Positions 39,196 through 51,575 of a DNA stretch of 64,000 nucleotides are shown here, in pieces. The notes beneath the pieces are model-generated. The model ran no database searches. It had not been told where the DNA came from and was given only the letters and a program-made list of their open reading frames with translations. The translations under genes and the position numbers were made by a program. Positions within the stretch are counted from its first letter, which is position 1, and each line of letters opens with the position of its first letter. This stretch comes from Lama glama (Eukaryota): NCBI GenBank assembly GCA_028534125.1, contig CM052816.1, positions 78,246,001-78,310,000 of the forward strand, in the 5' to 3' direction.

Positions 39196-40169
39196 GTGCG
39201 TTACCTATATATGGTCTGCACATGTATCAGCTTACATATTGTAAAGCTTATGATATTTGAAAATGCTTTTAAATACTCACATATATATTAACGCTTTGAA
39301 GTAAGCTTATCAAAAATAAAAGTATGCTATTTATTCTTAATCATGGGAGCATCCAAAACTGACACAGCTCAAAACACGATGATCAGTATCTGAATGATAT
39401 TCTAATTATCCATACCTGCCTTTATACTAGTGGTGTTTTGCTGCATTTGGATTATTTTCTTTTGTAGTCATGGAGTCGTAAAATCTCAGACATGGAAGGG
39501 TGCTTAGAACTTCTTGCCTGATGCATAAATCATAGTGTTTTTTGTTTTTAATTCAAAAGTTCAGAGTGGTATTGCAAAGTTAAAAATAATGTTATATTAC
39601 ATGTATTACATAGGTTTACCTAGGAGCCCTATAAAATTTGTCTGTCCTTTTTCAGATGTAGGAATTTAGACAAAAAGTAATGAAGTAAAAAAAAAAAAGT
39701 AATGAAGTCAGTTATTTAAAGTCATATATTTAATGATAAAACCAGGACAACTGTGGGATCCTTTGGTTTTATTAGTGCTTATCTCTATTAAGGAGTGAGA
39801 CTTCTGACTCTTGATTCTTAGAATTTATTAATTGTAACTTCTCTTTCTGAAAAGAACTCATAATACTTGGAAATCAGACTGAAGACTTTTCTTTGATAAT
39901 TTCTGTCAGTTTATTTTTATAGTAAATGAAAAGATAATGTATCTATATGAAAGTGAGTTTTGAAAAAAAGGACTAAAAAATTCCCAGTATGAACTTCCAG
40001 TTCTGTCAATATATTGTTTTAGGTGCTCTAAAAACTTTCCCACAGTCACTACATAGATACAGTGTATTTCTAGATAAAATATAAAAATATACATTTAAAG
40101 GCTAAGATTTAAAGCAAGTAAGGGAAATTTCCAGGGGTCAAAAACAAAGAGAAAATAAAGTCAGTGGAT

Positions 40170-40670
40170 TCCACCGCTAGATATTTACTCCAGAAAAATA
40201 AAGGCATAGGTCCACTGAAAAACCTGTACATAAATGTTGATAGCAGCTTTTTCAAATGTCCAAAAACTTGAAACAAGCCAAATGCTCATCAACTTGTGAA
40301 TAGTAAACAAACTCATATAGCCACACAAAAATAATGAAGAGGAGCGAACTGCTGGTAACATGCAACAACATGGATGAATCACAGAGCCATTATGCTGAAT
40401 GAAAGAACTCAGAAATAAACCTACACACTGTCTGATTCCACTTATGTGGCATTCTATAAAAAGCAACACTATAGAAACAGGAAGCAACTCAGTGGTTGCT
40501 TGGGAGTAAGGGGGAACTGACAACAAAGGGGTACAAGAGAACTTTTTTGGAGTGATGGAAATGTTCTTACAGGCTGTATAGATTTGTCAAAACTCTTTGA
40601 TCCATGTACTTAAAAAAGGATGAATTTTGGTGTGTGTAAATTATACCTTAACCAACTGATTTAAAAACAA
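40170..40670 (+). mobile_element. L1MB/MC-like 3' UTR fragment
   Basis: atgcaacaacatggatgaatc..cattatgctgaatgaaagaa..gtaaattatacctta. Confidence 0.75.
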
Positions 40671-40727
40671 AAAACTCAGCAGATGGTTAGTGAACTGGAA
40701 AATGAATTTGGAATTCTCTCTGTATAA

Positions 40728-40760
<33 letters not shown>
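40728..40760. repeat. (TA)n(CA)n compound microsatellite
   Basis: Directly visible. Confidence 0.9.
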
Positions 40761-41325
40761 AAATATACAGAGAGAGATATAAGAATAAATATATACAAAA
40801 GAGATATAAAGAAAAGAGTTGGAAAATATGAAAGAGAAGTTAAACTTTGTACAATATAGACAAGGAAGACACAACATATGTCAAATAGGAGATCCAGCAG
40901 AGCCACACCAGATTCTGGATTTGACTGTCCCTGGAGAGAAGGAATGGAATATGATCGGTACCTAAGGAATTTCATCTATGTCTGTAACATTTTATTTTTT
41001 TAATCTAAATTAAATGTAGGAAAAACGTTAATATCAGACAAGGGTGAAAAGTTAGGATATGAGTGTTTTTATATTATATTCTGTACCTTAAAGTATGCTT
41101 AAAATATTTCCTAGTATAAAAGTCCCTAAGTCTCCTATTCTATATCTCTATACATTTTGCCTTCTGGCAAATATATCTGTATATATACAGATATTTATAT
41201 ACAGATATTTATATAATTGAAGCCATACTGTATGACTGTTTTGTGTATTTCTGGTTTTTTCTTTAGCTTCACAAGTCCTTTTTATTATAAATGTACAGTG
41301 ATGGATTATTAAGAAAAAGAAAATA

Positions 41326-41447
41326 GAGGGAGGGTATAGCTCAGTGGTAGAACGCCTGCCTAGCATGCATGAGGTCCTGGTTCATTCTCCAGTACCTCCA
41401 TTAAAAAATAGGTAAACCTAATTATCTCCCCCAAAACAAAACAAAAC
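41326..41447 (+). mobile_element. Camelid-type tRNA SINE
   Basis: Perfect 15-bp TSD aagaaaaagaaaata (41311-41325 / 41448-41462). Confidence 0.9.
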
Positions 41448-41839
41448 AAGAAAAAGAAAATAATTACTGTCTCACTGCCTTTCACATGATGTTGTATATT
41501 ATTTTGGTGTCTTTCCTGACATTCTTTTCTTCCTGTTAGTATTTTTTCTTTTATTATTATTTTTGAGTCAAGACTGTATTCCAAGAATATTTTTATTATA
41601 TAATTGTTATTATAACACCTTATATAATTCTGGAAAAAGTCTTTGTTCTCTGATTGCCTGTAATCTTAAAGTAGCAGAATCTTTATTAAATTTCTGTCTA
41701 GAAGTTTGGGTGTTTTGCATGTCAACCAATATGTTTATTTTTGGCAATCAGGTTGTTCAGATACGAAATTTTATCCTACAAAATAGAATGAGAGTACAAT
41801 ATAAATTTTAACTACTTTACCTAATTTTGTACTTGGTAG

Positions 41840-42057
41840 ATCCCATTGAAGAGGAAGATGCAGGTCTGCTGTTGGGTTCTATGCAGGAAGTACTGAAAGC
41901 AGCAGTTATGGCTGATGCAGATATTCTTTCAGAGACATTTCAGCTTCTGATAAGCTCTGCCAAGGACTTCAGTAAGAGACTGTGCGGCTTAGTGCCGGTC
42001 GGCTTGTATCTTCCAGCTCCTCCATTATACTGTCCTCAGCCAGCTGTCCTCAGTGAA
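41840..42057 (+). CDS. CPLANE1: CPLANE1 exon 19
   Basis: ggtag / GAA|gtaagc; DPIEEEDA..YLPAPPLYCPQP; 218 nt. Confidence 0.93.
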
Positions 42058-42139
42058 GTAAGCTTAGTGCTTAATCTTTTAATTAATTTCAAGTTGACTT
42101 TGTCCAATTTTTAAAGTAATCAACTCGATAACAATCATC

Positions 42140-42365
42140 AAGTTAAAATTCAAGCTCTGAAGGCAAACATCTGGATCCCAGCTTTACTGTTTATCACTTG
42201 TGTAATCTTAGGCAAATGCTGTCTAGGTTTCCTTAGCTGTAAAGTGCAGATGATAAAGTGCTACCTCTGATAGCACCATTGTATTAAATGAGATATCCTG
42301 TAAAAGCTTTTACTTTAGGGCCTAGGACACATAGTAAGTTTATGATAAATGCTAAAATTATTTCA
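42140..42365 (+). mobile_element. MIR SINE
   Basis: tgtgtaatcttaggcaa..tttccttagctgtaaagtg..acacatagtaag. Confidence 0.65.
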
Positions 42366-44188
42366 ATAATAAAACAAAATGAAGAGATACTTCTCTGCAT
42401 CCAGATTTTTAAAAAATAAACATTGTTTAGGGTAGCAAAATAATGACTGTCAGAATTTAGAACCAGATGTTATTTTAGTCTTTTATTCATCTCGTTGTCT
42501 TTGCCTCTTTTGAGAAACTTGCTTTGATTTTCCTTTGATTTGAAAGGTCATTTTTTTTATCCTGCACTTTTCAATTGATAGTTCTCGTTTATAAATAACA
42601 ATACTGTATTCCTCTCAGGAACTTTTCCTCTGCTCTTATTGAAAATCCTAACACAATTGCAATTAGCTGGTTTTAAGATGTAAAGTGTTAATGTAAATTA
42701 TTTACATTTAAATTGTTTTAATATTTGATTAACATTTTGAAGTGATTCTTGTACTGTTTCCTTTCTACTTACTGTTTTAGAATTAGCAACTTCTATCTGA
42801 ATCTCGTCTTTTCTTTTTTTTTTTAGAGTTATTTGCTATATTCTCATTTGTTATACTTAGAGTTATGTTTCAGTAGGTTAAAATGTTTCATTTGTTGATA
42901 TTTCACATCTGAGTCTTCAATATATTGGTTTAGGAATTAGAAATAGCATTTACAACATTTTGGGATATGCTATGCTGACATTCATTTGAGTGGTTACTAT
43001 TCTTAGTAGTACTTCATTTTATTATTTTTTATTAAAATAATCTTCAATGGTAGGATTTCTCTTAAATGTTGCTCTGTAGCAGTTAGAACTCCTTGGGTTG
43101 TAAGTAACAGAAAACTTGGTCAAAATTGGCATAATCGAGAAGCCCAGTTATGTTACCAAAGACTTGGACTCTCTCTCTCTAGTTTGTTTTCTAAGGTGTC
43201 AGCTTTCGTTTAAGACTGGCTACCTTTGTGGGAGCAGGATGGCTGCTAGCAGCTTCTAAGGGTACCTTGTCTATGTCCAGAGGAAGTGGGAAGGGGAGAA
43301 AGAAAATCGTAGAAGTATTTTTCTCCCAGCATTCAGAGTAAGAGAACTGAGAGTCATGCTTGTGAGACTGACTGAGGTCTGTTGCCTGTCCTTGAATCAG
43401 ACACTGGGCTAGGGCTAATGCAAGGAATTGCTTGGCAATTGATTAGGACCTTCCCTGGAAGCTGGGGGTATGGGATCAGCTTCCCTGAATCATAGGGAAG
43501 AGGCAGATACCCAGATAAAACCTGAGTACTATTAAGAAGTGGTAATGGTGGAGGACGTGGAGAGGCAAATGTTCACAGTACTCATATTATCTCATTCTCT
43601 GGGAAATTAATCTGTAGCTACTGGCTTGGATTATATTTATTCAGCAAATATTTATTGGATCCTACCACATATTGGACTTTTTCCTGTACACTGTGATAAT
43701 ACAAAGACAGATGACAAGGCCTTTGCTCTTGGGTAGTTCTCAATAAGTGTGGGAAACAGATGCATAAATCAGTAAGAATAAATAAGTAAGAGCTGTAATA
43801 GAAATCTGAGCAAAGCACCATAGTAGCACACAGTGGGAGAGTTCCACAGAGAGGTGACCTTGAAATGTACGCAGGATTTTTCCGGCAGAGGATGGGGAAG
43901 GAGTGCTCTGTAACGTTCCACCAGCGGAGTCAGGAGTGGTGGGCTTTAAGTTTTGTAGAGGGGGACTCAGGACTAGGGTCGACTTATCCCTTTACATTGT
44001 TTGAGGTGAGAGGACTGTTTCCTTGACACTAGAAATAGCTATAGTTGAGATCTCTGAGGCTGTGCCTCAAAACTTCCTTTATAAACATCGAGGAATATTG
44101 TAGCTTGAGAAGCACTATATTTTTACTTCAACATTTTAAATTTCCATTTTACTAGCTACTAAAATGGTGTGGGTTTTTTTTCCCCCAG

Positions 44189-44353
44189 GAAGATGGTGAT
44201 GATCTTCTTTTAAAAGCTGAAAAAGATAATCGCCAAAAGGTGTCTGGAATCCTTCAGCGTGTTCTCCTGCTTTTCCGGGCAGCTCGGTGTTCTTTTCCTG
44301 TAGCACAGTGGTACATCTTGCAGTTGAGATGGGCGAGAAAAGTCATGCAGAAG
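44189..44353 (+). CDS. CPLANE1: CPLANE1 exon 20
   Basis: ccccag / AAG|gtacga; EDGDDLLLKAEK..WARKVMQK; 165 nt. Confidence 0.93.
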
Positions 44354-45241
44354 GTACGAAAGTGTCTTAGTCACTTGTGTTCTATGTTAAACAATTTAAA
44401 TATACTAGTATTTATTAACTTGTATAATTGTGACATTTTCCCCATGGAGTCCTGTGCTATAAATCCATAAATTTCAGGCTCATTTACAGTAAGAAACCTA
44501 GACAGCCCAAGTTCCTTCTGCTGAAATTTAAGGACTCTGAACTGGATCTCTATGTTTAGTCTCATCCTATCTGGCAGTAGAAAGTGTAACTAGTCAGTTA
44601 ATTCCAGGTAATTTCAGTTACTTTTTCTCCCACAATCATTGAGGATTTAAACTCAGTTCAGGGTTTGCTCCACTTCTCCCAAGGTGTTATCTGTATTCTG
44701 TGGGGTCAGACCATGGGAAGTTCAGAGTTAGTTCTTGACTGTGTTGCCTTTCAGTAGTCTCCACCAGTCAGAGTCTACCCCCTGCTGTCTTCTGAGATGT
44801 GCAGTTCAGATTGATTCTCGGGCTGTCATCCTCTTCTGCACTGACTTCAGCTAGGATGTCGTGGCATTCTTACCTGATCTGCAGCCGGATGGGACATCTG
44901 CTCCTATGTTGCTTATCCAGCTGCAATTCCTTTGTAAGCCTGTCATCTGTCTCTCATAAAATGTGGGAATATTATTAGCCCTAAATAACTAAAATTTGGC
45001 CATTGAGTAAATGACTAAATGTAATGAGTCTGTAACTTTTTTCAGTAGGAACTCTTACAGGGACTAAGAAGTTGTTTATCAAGTTCTTGAAAAATAGTCT
45101 TTCTTTTTAGAGAGAAAGATTTGTGAAATTTGCATAAAACTACCATAAAAATGAGTTAAAACTATACTCATTCTATATCATAACACCCCAGGGTTGTTTT
45201 GAAGTATGTTTACTGAGAAGGGCAAAGAATGTTCCTGTATT

Positions 45242-45332
45242 TTTTCTCCTTTTAACAAAGGCACTGGGGATGGAACCCAGGACCTTGTGCACACCAGGCG
45301 TGTGCTCTACCGCTGAGCTGTACCTCCAATCC
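45242..45332 (-). mobile_element. Short tRNA-derived SINE variant (head only)
   Basis: gcactggggatggaacccaggacc..ctctaccgctgagctgtacc; TSD ttcctgtatt on both sides. Confidence 0.75.
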
Positions 45333-45604
45333 TTCCTGTATTATTGAAGGATTGTTTTTAATAGTTTCAAGATCTTTGAGCCTGAACGTTTGCTTATTTT
45401 AGAAAACTGTTTAATTTGCATTGAAGGTTGATCTTACTTACCAACTCCTGACAATAATCTCACTTAACCTAATTTTAATGAACTAACTAGCACGTAAAGA
45501 CTGTGTGGATTCTCTTAAAATTAACAGCTCAGTTGAAGATGTTCCTCCTTATGAAAAATTTTTACAAGTAATATTTTAACTATATAAGATTAAAGCAAAT
45601 ACAA

Positions 45605-46255
45605 GGGATATGGCAGAATTCTAAAGATGGCTCGAAAGAGTCCTATCTCCTGGCTATTCAAACGTAAATCTAGACACTGCTTTAATTTGACCTGAAGAAA
45701 TTTTGCAGATGGAATTAAGATTACTAATCAGCTGACTTTAAAGTATGGAGATTATCCTGGTTTATCTTGGTGGGCCTGATATAATCACAAGCCCTTTAGT
45801 AAAGCCAAAATGAGAGGCCGAAGAGTCAGTCAGTGAGATATAGTGGAAAAGGAAAACAGGAGAAATGAGGCAAAAGGAAAGATTAGAAGAGTGAGAGGGA
45901 CTCAGTTCAGCCTTGCTGGTTTTGAAGAGGGCCATGATCCAGGGAATGAAGGTAGCTTGTAGAAACTGAGAATGTGCCCTAGCCTATAGCCAGCAAGGAA
46001 ATGGGGAAACCTCGGTCCTGTAACCACATGGAACGGAATTCTGCCAACATCCTGAGTGAGTGGGAAATACATTTCCCCTAGAACCTCTAAAAAGGAAGGC
46101 AGCCCTGCTATTACTTGGATTGGCCTTGTGAGAGACTTCGCAGAGAACCAGCTGTGCCTAGACTTCTCATCCACAAAGACTGAGTAACTGGATGTTGTTT
46201 CAAGCCACTAAATTTCTGGTAATTTGTTAGAGTAGCAATAGAAAATTAGTAGAGT
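45605..46255 (+). mobile_element. MLT1 MaLR solo LTR
   Basis: tttgcagatggaattaag..gagattatcctgg..aagccactaaatttctggtaatttgtta..gcaatagaaaa. Confidence 0.8.
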
Positions 46256-46289
46256 GCAGAATCTTTATTTTACCTAACTTATTTACCAT

Positions 46290-46795
46290 TTTAAAATTGG
46301 TATATGATTCACATTCCATAAAATTCACCTTTTAAAAAAAATGTACAATCCATTGGTTTTTATTATTTTCACCAAGTTTTACAACCATCAGCACTGTTTA
46401 ATTCCAGAACATTTTCATCACCCCAAAAAGAAAAACATTAGCAGTAACTTCCCATTTCCTTTTCTTCCCAGCCCCTGGCAACCAATAATCTACTTTCTAT
46501 CTCTATGAATTGGCCTATTATAGACATTTTATATAGATGAAGTCATACAATATGTGACCTTTTGTGACTAGCTTCTTTCATTTAGCATGAGGGTTTTAAG
46601 GTTCCTCTGTGTTGTAGCATAAATCATACTTTAGTCCTTTTTATGACTGAATAATATTCCATTGTATGACTATGTAATATTTTGTTTATTCATCCATTAA
46701 TAAACATTTGAATTGTTTTCATTTTGGCTAGTATGAATAATGCTGCTATGAATATTTATGTACAAGTTTTTGTGTAGACATGTTTTTCATTCTAG
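46290..46795 (-). mobile_element. L1MB-like 3' fragment
   Basis: ttccagaacattttcatcaccccaaaa..cagcccctggcaacc..tgaataatgctgctatgaa. Confidence 0.8.
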
Positions 46796-48167
46796 GATCA
46801 AACTTTACCAATACTTTTAAGGATGTAGATAACCAAAAGATACAGGAGAAACAGAGAAATCTGGAATTGTGTACACTGATCCAAATATTTTCTCACTGCA
46901 GAAAAATGTTTCCTGGCCTTTATTTAATATCATGACACTAAAAGGGAGGAGGTATTTCAGTTATTTAACATCTCCTTTTTTAAATCTCTTTAATTACAAA
47001 GTTTGTGTGACATTTTCCAGGGAGTTAGACTCCATAAATCCTAGCTTTCTAGATTTGTTTATAATACCCAACCTAGACAGACTCTGTACATCTGGTATAC
47101 TACTAATTTGTTTGACAAGAAGCCTGCCATTAACATGCCTACAAAGGAATCTGACTAGATCATGTTTTTCTGGAAGTGAACAGTGGAAGGAGAAAATAGA
47201 TTACAAGGCTGCTGCTAATTCTGTCCTTCCCAGGATTATGTCTCTTAGATCTGTTTTCTTTTATTTTATCACAGTTTCCTTCAATTATTATTATTATTAT
47301 TTTTTTGTATTCTTGATTTGTTAGAGAGACTAGGTAAATTTGTCCTGAACCATGTTCTGGATTTGTCTATCATTTTTTCCTTTAGTGTCATTTAATTTGT
47401 TCCTCTTTTCCTTTTATTTACTGTAAACTGGTAATTAATCTACCCTTATCAAAGTGGAGAAGTTTGATTAGGTTCACATTTTCTTACACTTGAGTCCTTC
47501 ATGCATGGTGTTGTATATGTCCCTGTTGCCTCATATCATGTGGCATATATGTCTTTTTCTCTCACTTTTCATGATGCTGAGATGAATCAGTGAATTTGGG
47601 TCATGTTTCACCCACTATCATGTTCTATCAGCTCATCAACTTTTACCTAATTTAGCATTTGTTGATCCTTTCTAGTCATTTATTAAGAATTGCCAAATGA
47701 TGACTTTCTAATTCTGTCACTTAAAGATTAGTTTTTTTAAAGTTATGTATGTAGATATATCTTTTTTCTGTATTAGTTTTTAGATACTGCATATAGGTCT
47801 AGATGAAAGTTAGATACTTAAATTTATTTTCTTAATTATTACTTTGTGGAAAATTAGGGCAAATAGCATTAAATTCTTTTTATGTAAAACTTTTTAGGAA
47901 AAACCGAATGACAAGAGAGGTTAATTTGGTTAGAACTTTTTTTTTCTTTTGAGATTTAGCCTAGTGAATTTGTTGAATTAAATCTGTGAGCTAAATTTCT
48001 GAAAGTACAAGTGATTTCAAGGGTATTTTCTTGCATAGTATAGGAACCATGCTGTATTTTCCATTCTATATGGTTTATCTTGCCTATCTTGTTTGTTGCT
48101 TTATAGTTTCCTTAAAAATTGATTTATATGACTGATATTTAACATATTCTATCATTCTCTACTTCAG

Positions 48168-48306
48168 ATTCGAATGAAAGGGTCCCTTCCTTCATTAAGT
48201 CCTTTCCCTCAGTCATTACTTAATTACTGTAAAGAAGGTGTAGCATTCTTTCGACCTGGAGCAACTGGAGACCACAAGCTTGATGAAGTGTCCATTAAAG
48301 CAATAG
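48168..48306 (+). CDS. CPLANE1: CPLANE1 exon 21
   Basis: ttcag / G|gtttgt; IRMKGSLPSLSPFPQSLLNYCK; 139 nt. Confidence 0.93.
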
Positions 48307-48969
48307 GTTTGTCCAACATTAACTGCTTACTAGAGATTAAGCCTAAATATTAATAATGATACATTTTCCATTTGATTTTGGTAAGTTTTCGTGCAATGGA
48401 ATATGATATGGATAATTAAAAGACACTATATATATGTTACCACCATGGAAATATATCCGATACATTAGATGAAAAAAGGAAAAGATAGTTGCAGAACTGT
48501 ATACATAGTATGATTTTATGTCTTTGTGTGCTTGTATTACTTTTAATAAAAAATTGTTTTATATTGGAAACTATTTTTCTGGTATTGAAAAATTTGAAAC
48601 CTAAATGCCTATCAATAAGTGATTTTCCAAATAAATTAACTACATGCTATTAAGTAGAGCTATGTGTATTGACTTTGAAAAATATCTGCAATATACTATA
48701 AGTCTAAAGCAGGTAAACTATTAGTAAATAAGTAATTTATTTACTCTATAAAAGGTTCTTTAATATTTTCATGCAACTGACATGCATGAGGTATTCTGGA
48801 ATAATATGCATAAAAATTCTGTAAGGATCTCCACAAATTTTATATAAAGTATTGACAGCATGTTTCTTTTATAATCAATGACATAAAGACATTTATTTTG
48901 AAAAACCAGCAGAGGTCTACTTGGTATAATATTAATGTACATACTCATACAATCTTCTTCCTAATTTAG

Positions 48970-49079
48970 GTTGCTTCAGAGAACTCTGTGCTTTGTGTTG
49001 GATGCTGCATATTCGTGATAAGTTATCCTACAGTTGTAGGCAGTATCAGAAAGCAAGAGAAAATGTGGAGGGGAAAAAG
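48970..49079 (+). CDS. CPLANE1: CPLANE1 exon 22
   Basis: tttag / AAG|gtattt; CFRELCALCWMLHIRDKLSYSCRQYQKAR; 110 nt. Confidence 0.93.
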
Positions 49080-49239
49080 GTATTTACCTGCATGGGATAA
49101 GAAAAATGAATAAATATTATTTGGGAAATTACTGCTTGATAGAAGATTTTTATTGTTTGTAGCAACACTTTCTTTTGATCTCATTCTGGTCTATTCGTCT
49201 GAAGTGAAAAGGAAATGATATCTTTCAATATCCATTTAG

Positions 49240-49398
49240 GACCTTGAAGTGAAGTTTGATTCTTGTATGGTTGAGCACTGTCTCAGTGCGTTGGAATGGG
49301 CTTATAGAATGCTGCCCTTCTCTCGGTTTTTTAATATTGAAGAACTTATTCAGGATCTAATTTTGAGCCTTATTGGAGAACTGCCACCAATCAGAAAG
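49240..49398 (+). CDS. CPLANE1: CPLANE1 exon 23
   Basis: tttag / AAG|gtaatg; DLEVKFDSC..GELPPIRK; 159 nt. Confidence 0.93.
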
Positions 49399-49511
49399 GT
49401 AATGTAAATGTAGGTGAAAATAAACTAAATCATAATCAAAGACTTTAAAGGATTTTAATTTTAATAAAGAATGATGTTGCTCACAAAACTCATTTTTAAA
49501 TTTTTCTGAAG

Positions 49512-49620
49512 GTAGCAGAAATTTTTGTGAAAGCCTTCCCCAGTCCTGAGGACATAAGGGTTCCATTAAGAGAAAAATACCACTCTCTTCAGCAGAGACT
49601 CAGGCACTGTGTTGTGAAAG
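49512..49620 (+). CDS. CPLANE1: CPLANE1 exon 24
   Basis: ctgaag / G|gtatta; VAEIFVKAFPSPEDIRVPLREKY; 109 nt. Confidence 0.9.
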
Positions 49621-50162
49621 GTATTATTTATCTTGTCTTAGATATCTGATAGATTAATTGCTGAAGATTCTCCTTTTGTTTTGAAAGCATTTATTTTCTA
49701 GTGCCTTTTTTTTTTCATTTCTCCTTTCTTTAGAGATAGGTGTATGAGAAGGCAGAATCATTTTCCCATTACAGATGTACCAATTCTGTTGCTTTGGAAC
49801 CAGACAAAGCTGGCTTTAGGTCATGGCTGTATTAGTAACTGTGTGACCCTAGGCAAGTTGCCCAGTATCTCTGAAACTCTTTTCCTTGTTTGTAAAATGA
49901 GTCTATTAATACTTGCTTTAGGAACTTGTATTGAAAGAAGATTAAACAAGAGAAAAATATATAAAATGAGCATATAATGTTTTATATAATGTGGATATTT
50001 TATTGGCAAACTAGCATTCTTCTTCTCCTTTTATGGTTATTTTTGCTTCTAATTTTATACTACACATTCAGGATGACCTTGTGGAAATTTTTTTTATTGT
50101 GGTAAAATATGCATAGTTTAAAATTAACCATATTTAAGTGTATAATTCAATGGCATTAAGCA

Positions 50163-50633
50163 TAGGCATACCTTGGAGATATTGCAGGTTTGTTTCCAGA
50201 CCACCACAATAAAGTGAATATTGCAGTTAAGCAATTTTTTTGGTTTTCCCGTTCATATAAAAATTATGTTTGCAGTATACTGTAGTCTATTAAGTATCCA
50301 ATAGCTCTAAAAAAAATAAAATGTATATACCTTAATTAAAAAATATTTTATTGCTAAAAAATGCTAACCATTGTCCAAGTCATAATCGTAAGTGAGTCAA
50401 TCTTTTTGCAATCGTAACACTAAAGATCACTGATCACAGATCACTTTAAACAAGTATCACGATAATAAAAAAGTTTGAAATATTATGGGAATTAGCAAAA
50501 TTCAGAGACATGAAATGAGCAAATGCTGTTGGAAAAATGGCACCAGTAGACTTGTTCGATGCAGGATTGCCTGAAAGTTTCACTTAGTAAAAAACTCAGT
50601 ATTTGTGAAGTGCAATAAAATGAGGTATTCCTG
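50163..50633 (-). mobile_element. Internally deleted Tigger1-type DNA transposon nested in an L1 3' fragment
   Basis: Inverted termini aggcatacct / aggtattcctg followed by TA; L1 sequence continues on both sides. Confidence 0.8.
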
Positions 50634-51274
50634 TACATTCACAATGTTGTGAATTCAAATTACTCTCTTTTTTTTTAGAACTATAATCTAGTGTTTAAGT
50701 CTAGTAATGTCCTCTGATTGCACATTCTTGTATTAATGTACTTATATTTGTGATTTATATTTTTAAGAATTTTTTGAAATCTCTAAAATGTCCTGTTTAT
50801 GTATTAATAATGTTAAAAGTTTTTCTGTAGGCAGCCTTGAAAAACTTCCCTTCCTGTTGTTTCCTATTACTTGATGTCAGAAAGGTGTTTTTGTTTCTTT
50901 GGCTAAAGCTATACTGATTTTCTCTTGTTTACCACTCTGTGGGAATGGAAAAAATGTTAGTGATTATTTTTATAATTATTTGATTTTTGAAATAAATTAC
51001 TTCTAAAATTTTTGTTTTGTAGGGAATGCTTTTTTATGGAGTCCCTTTTTTTGTTCTTAAATGGAACATTTCTGGCTTCTGCAGTTCTACCTTAAAAAGA
51101 AGGACCATAGCTTTCTGACAAATATTGAAGAAAGCATGATCTGTAATATTGTGGAAATAAGCCTTAGTCATCAGTTAGATTTCATGTTCCGAGGAGGGAC
51201 CAGAATTGGGTCCCTTATGTCTTGAGTTGAAACGTTTTAGTGAACTGTAAAGCCTTTTGTTATTTTCTTCCTAG

Positions 51275-51575
51275 GTCCCCAAACTGAAGAAATGATGTCT
51301 GTTGTCATGCATTCTATCCATAAAGTGAGGGTGAAAGCTCTGAAACGTGTGCAGAGAAATATAGGTCCTTTTGAGATGACTATATGGGAACCAGTTGAGG
51401 AAGAAAAACCAGCTGAGCTTCCAGGTTTTGATAGGTGTTCCTTGGGCACTAGTTTGAGCAGGAGCACACTCACAGAACTGGGGAATTCTCTCGTTCACAG
51501 TGACGCAGATACGGCTGATACCTTTTCAGAAGCTTTGTCAGTTGAAGAAAAAAGTCGGATACATTTCTGTCAAAG
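51275..51575 (+). CDS. CPLANE1: CPLANE1 exon 25
   Basis: cctag / AG|gtaaaa; PQTEEMMSVVMHSI..EEKSRIHFCQR; 301 nt. Confidence 0.93.

Noticed and set aside
6835..45332. tRNA-like sequences with A and B boxes
   Set aside because: They are SINE heads with A-rich tails and TSDs, not tRNA genes
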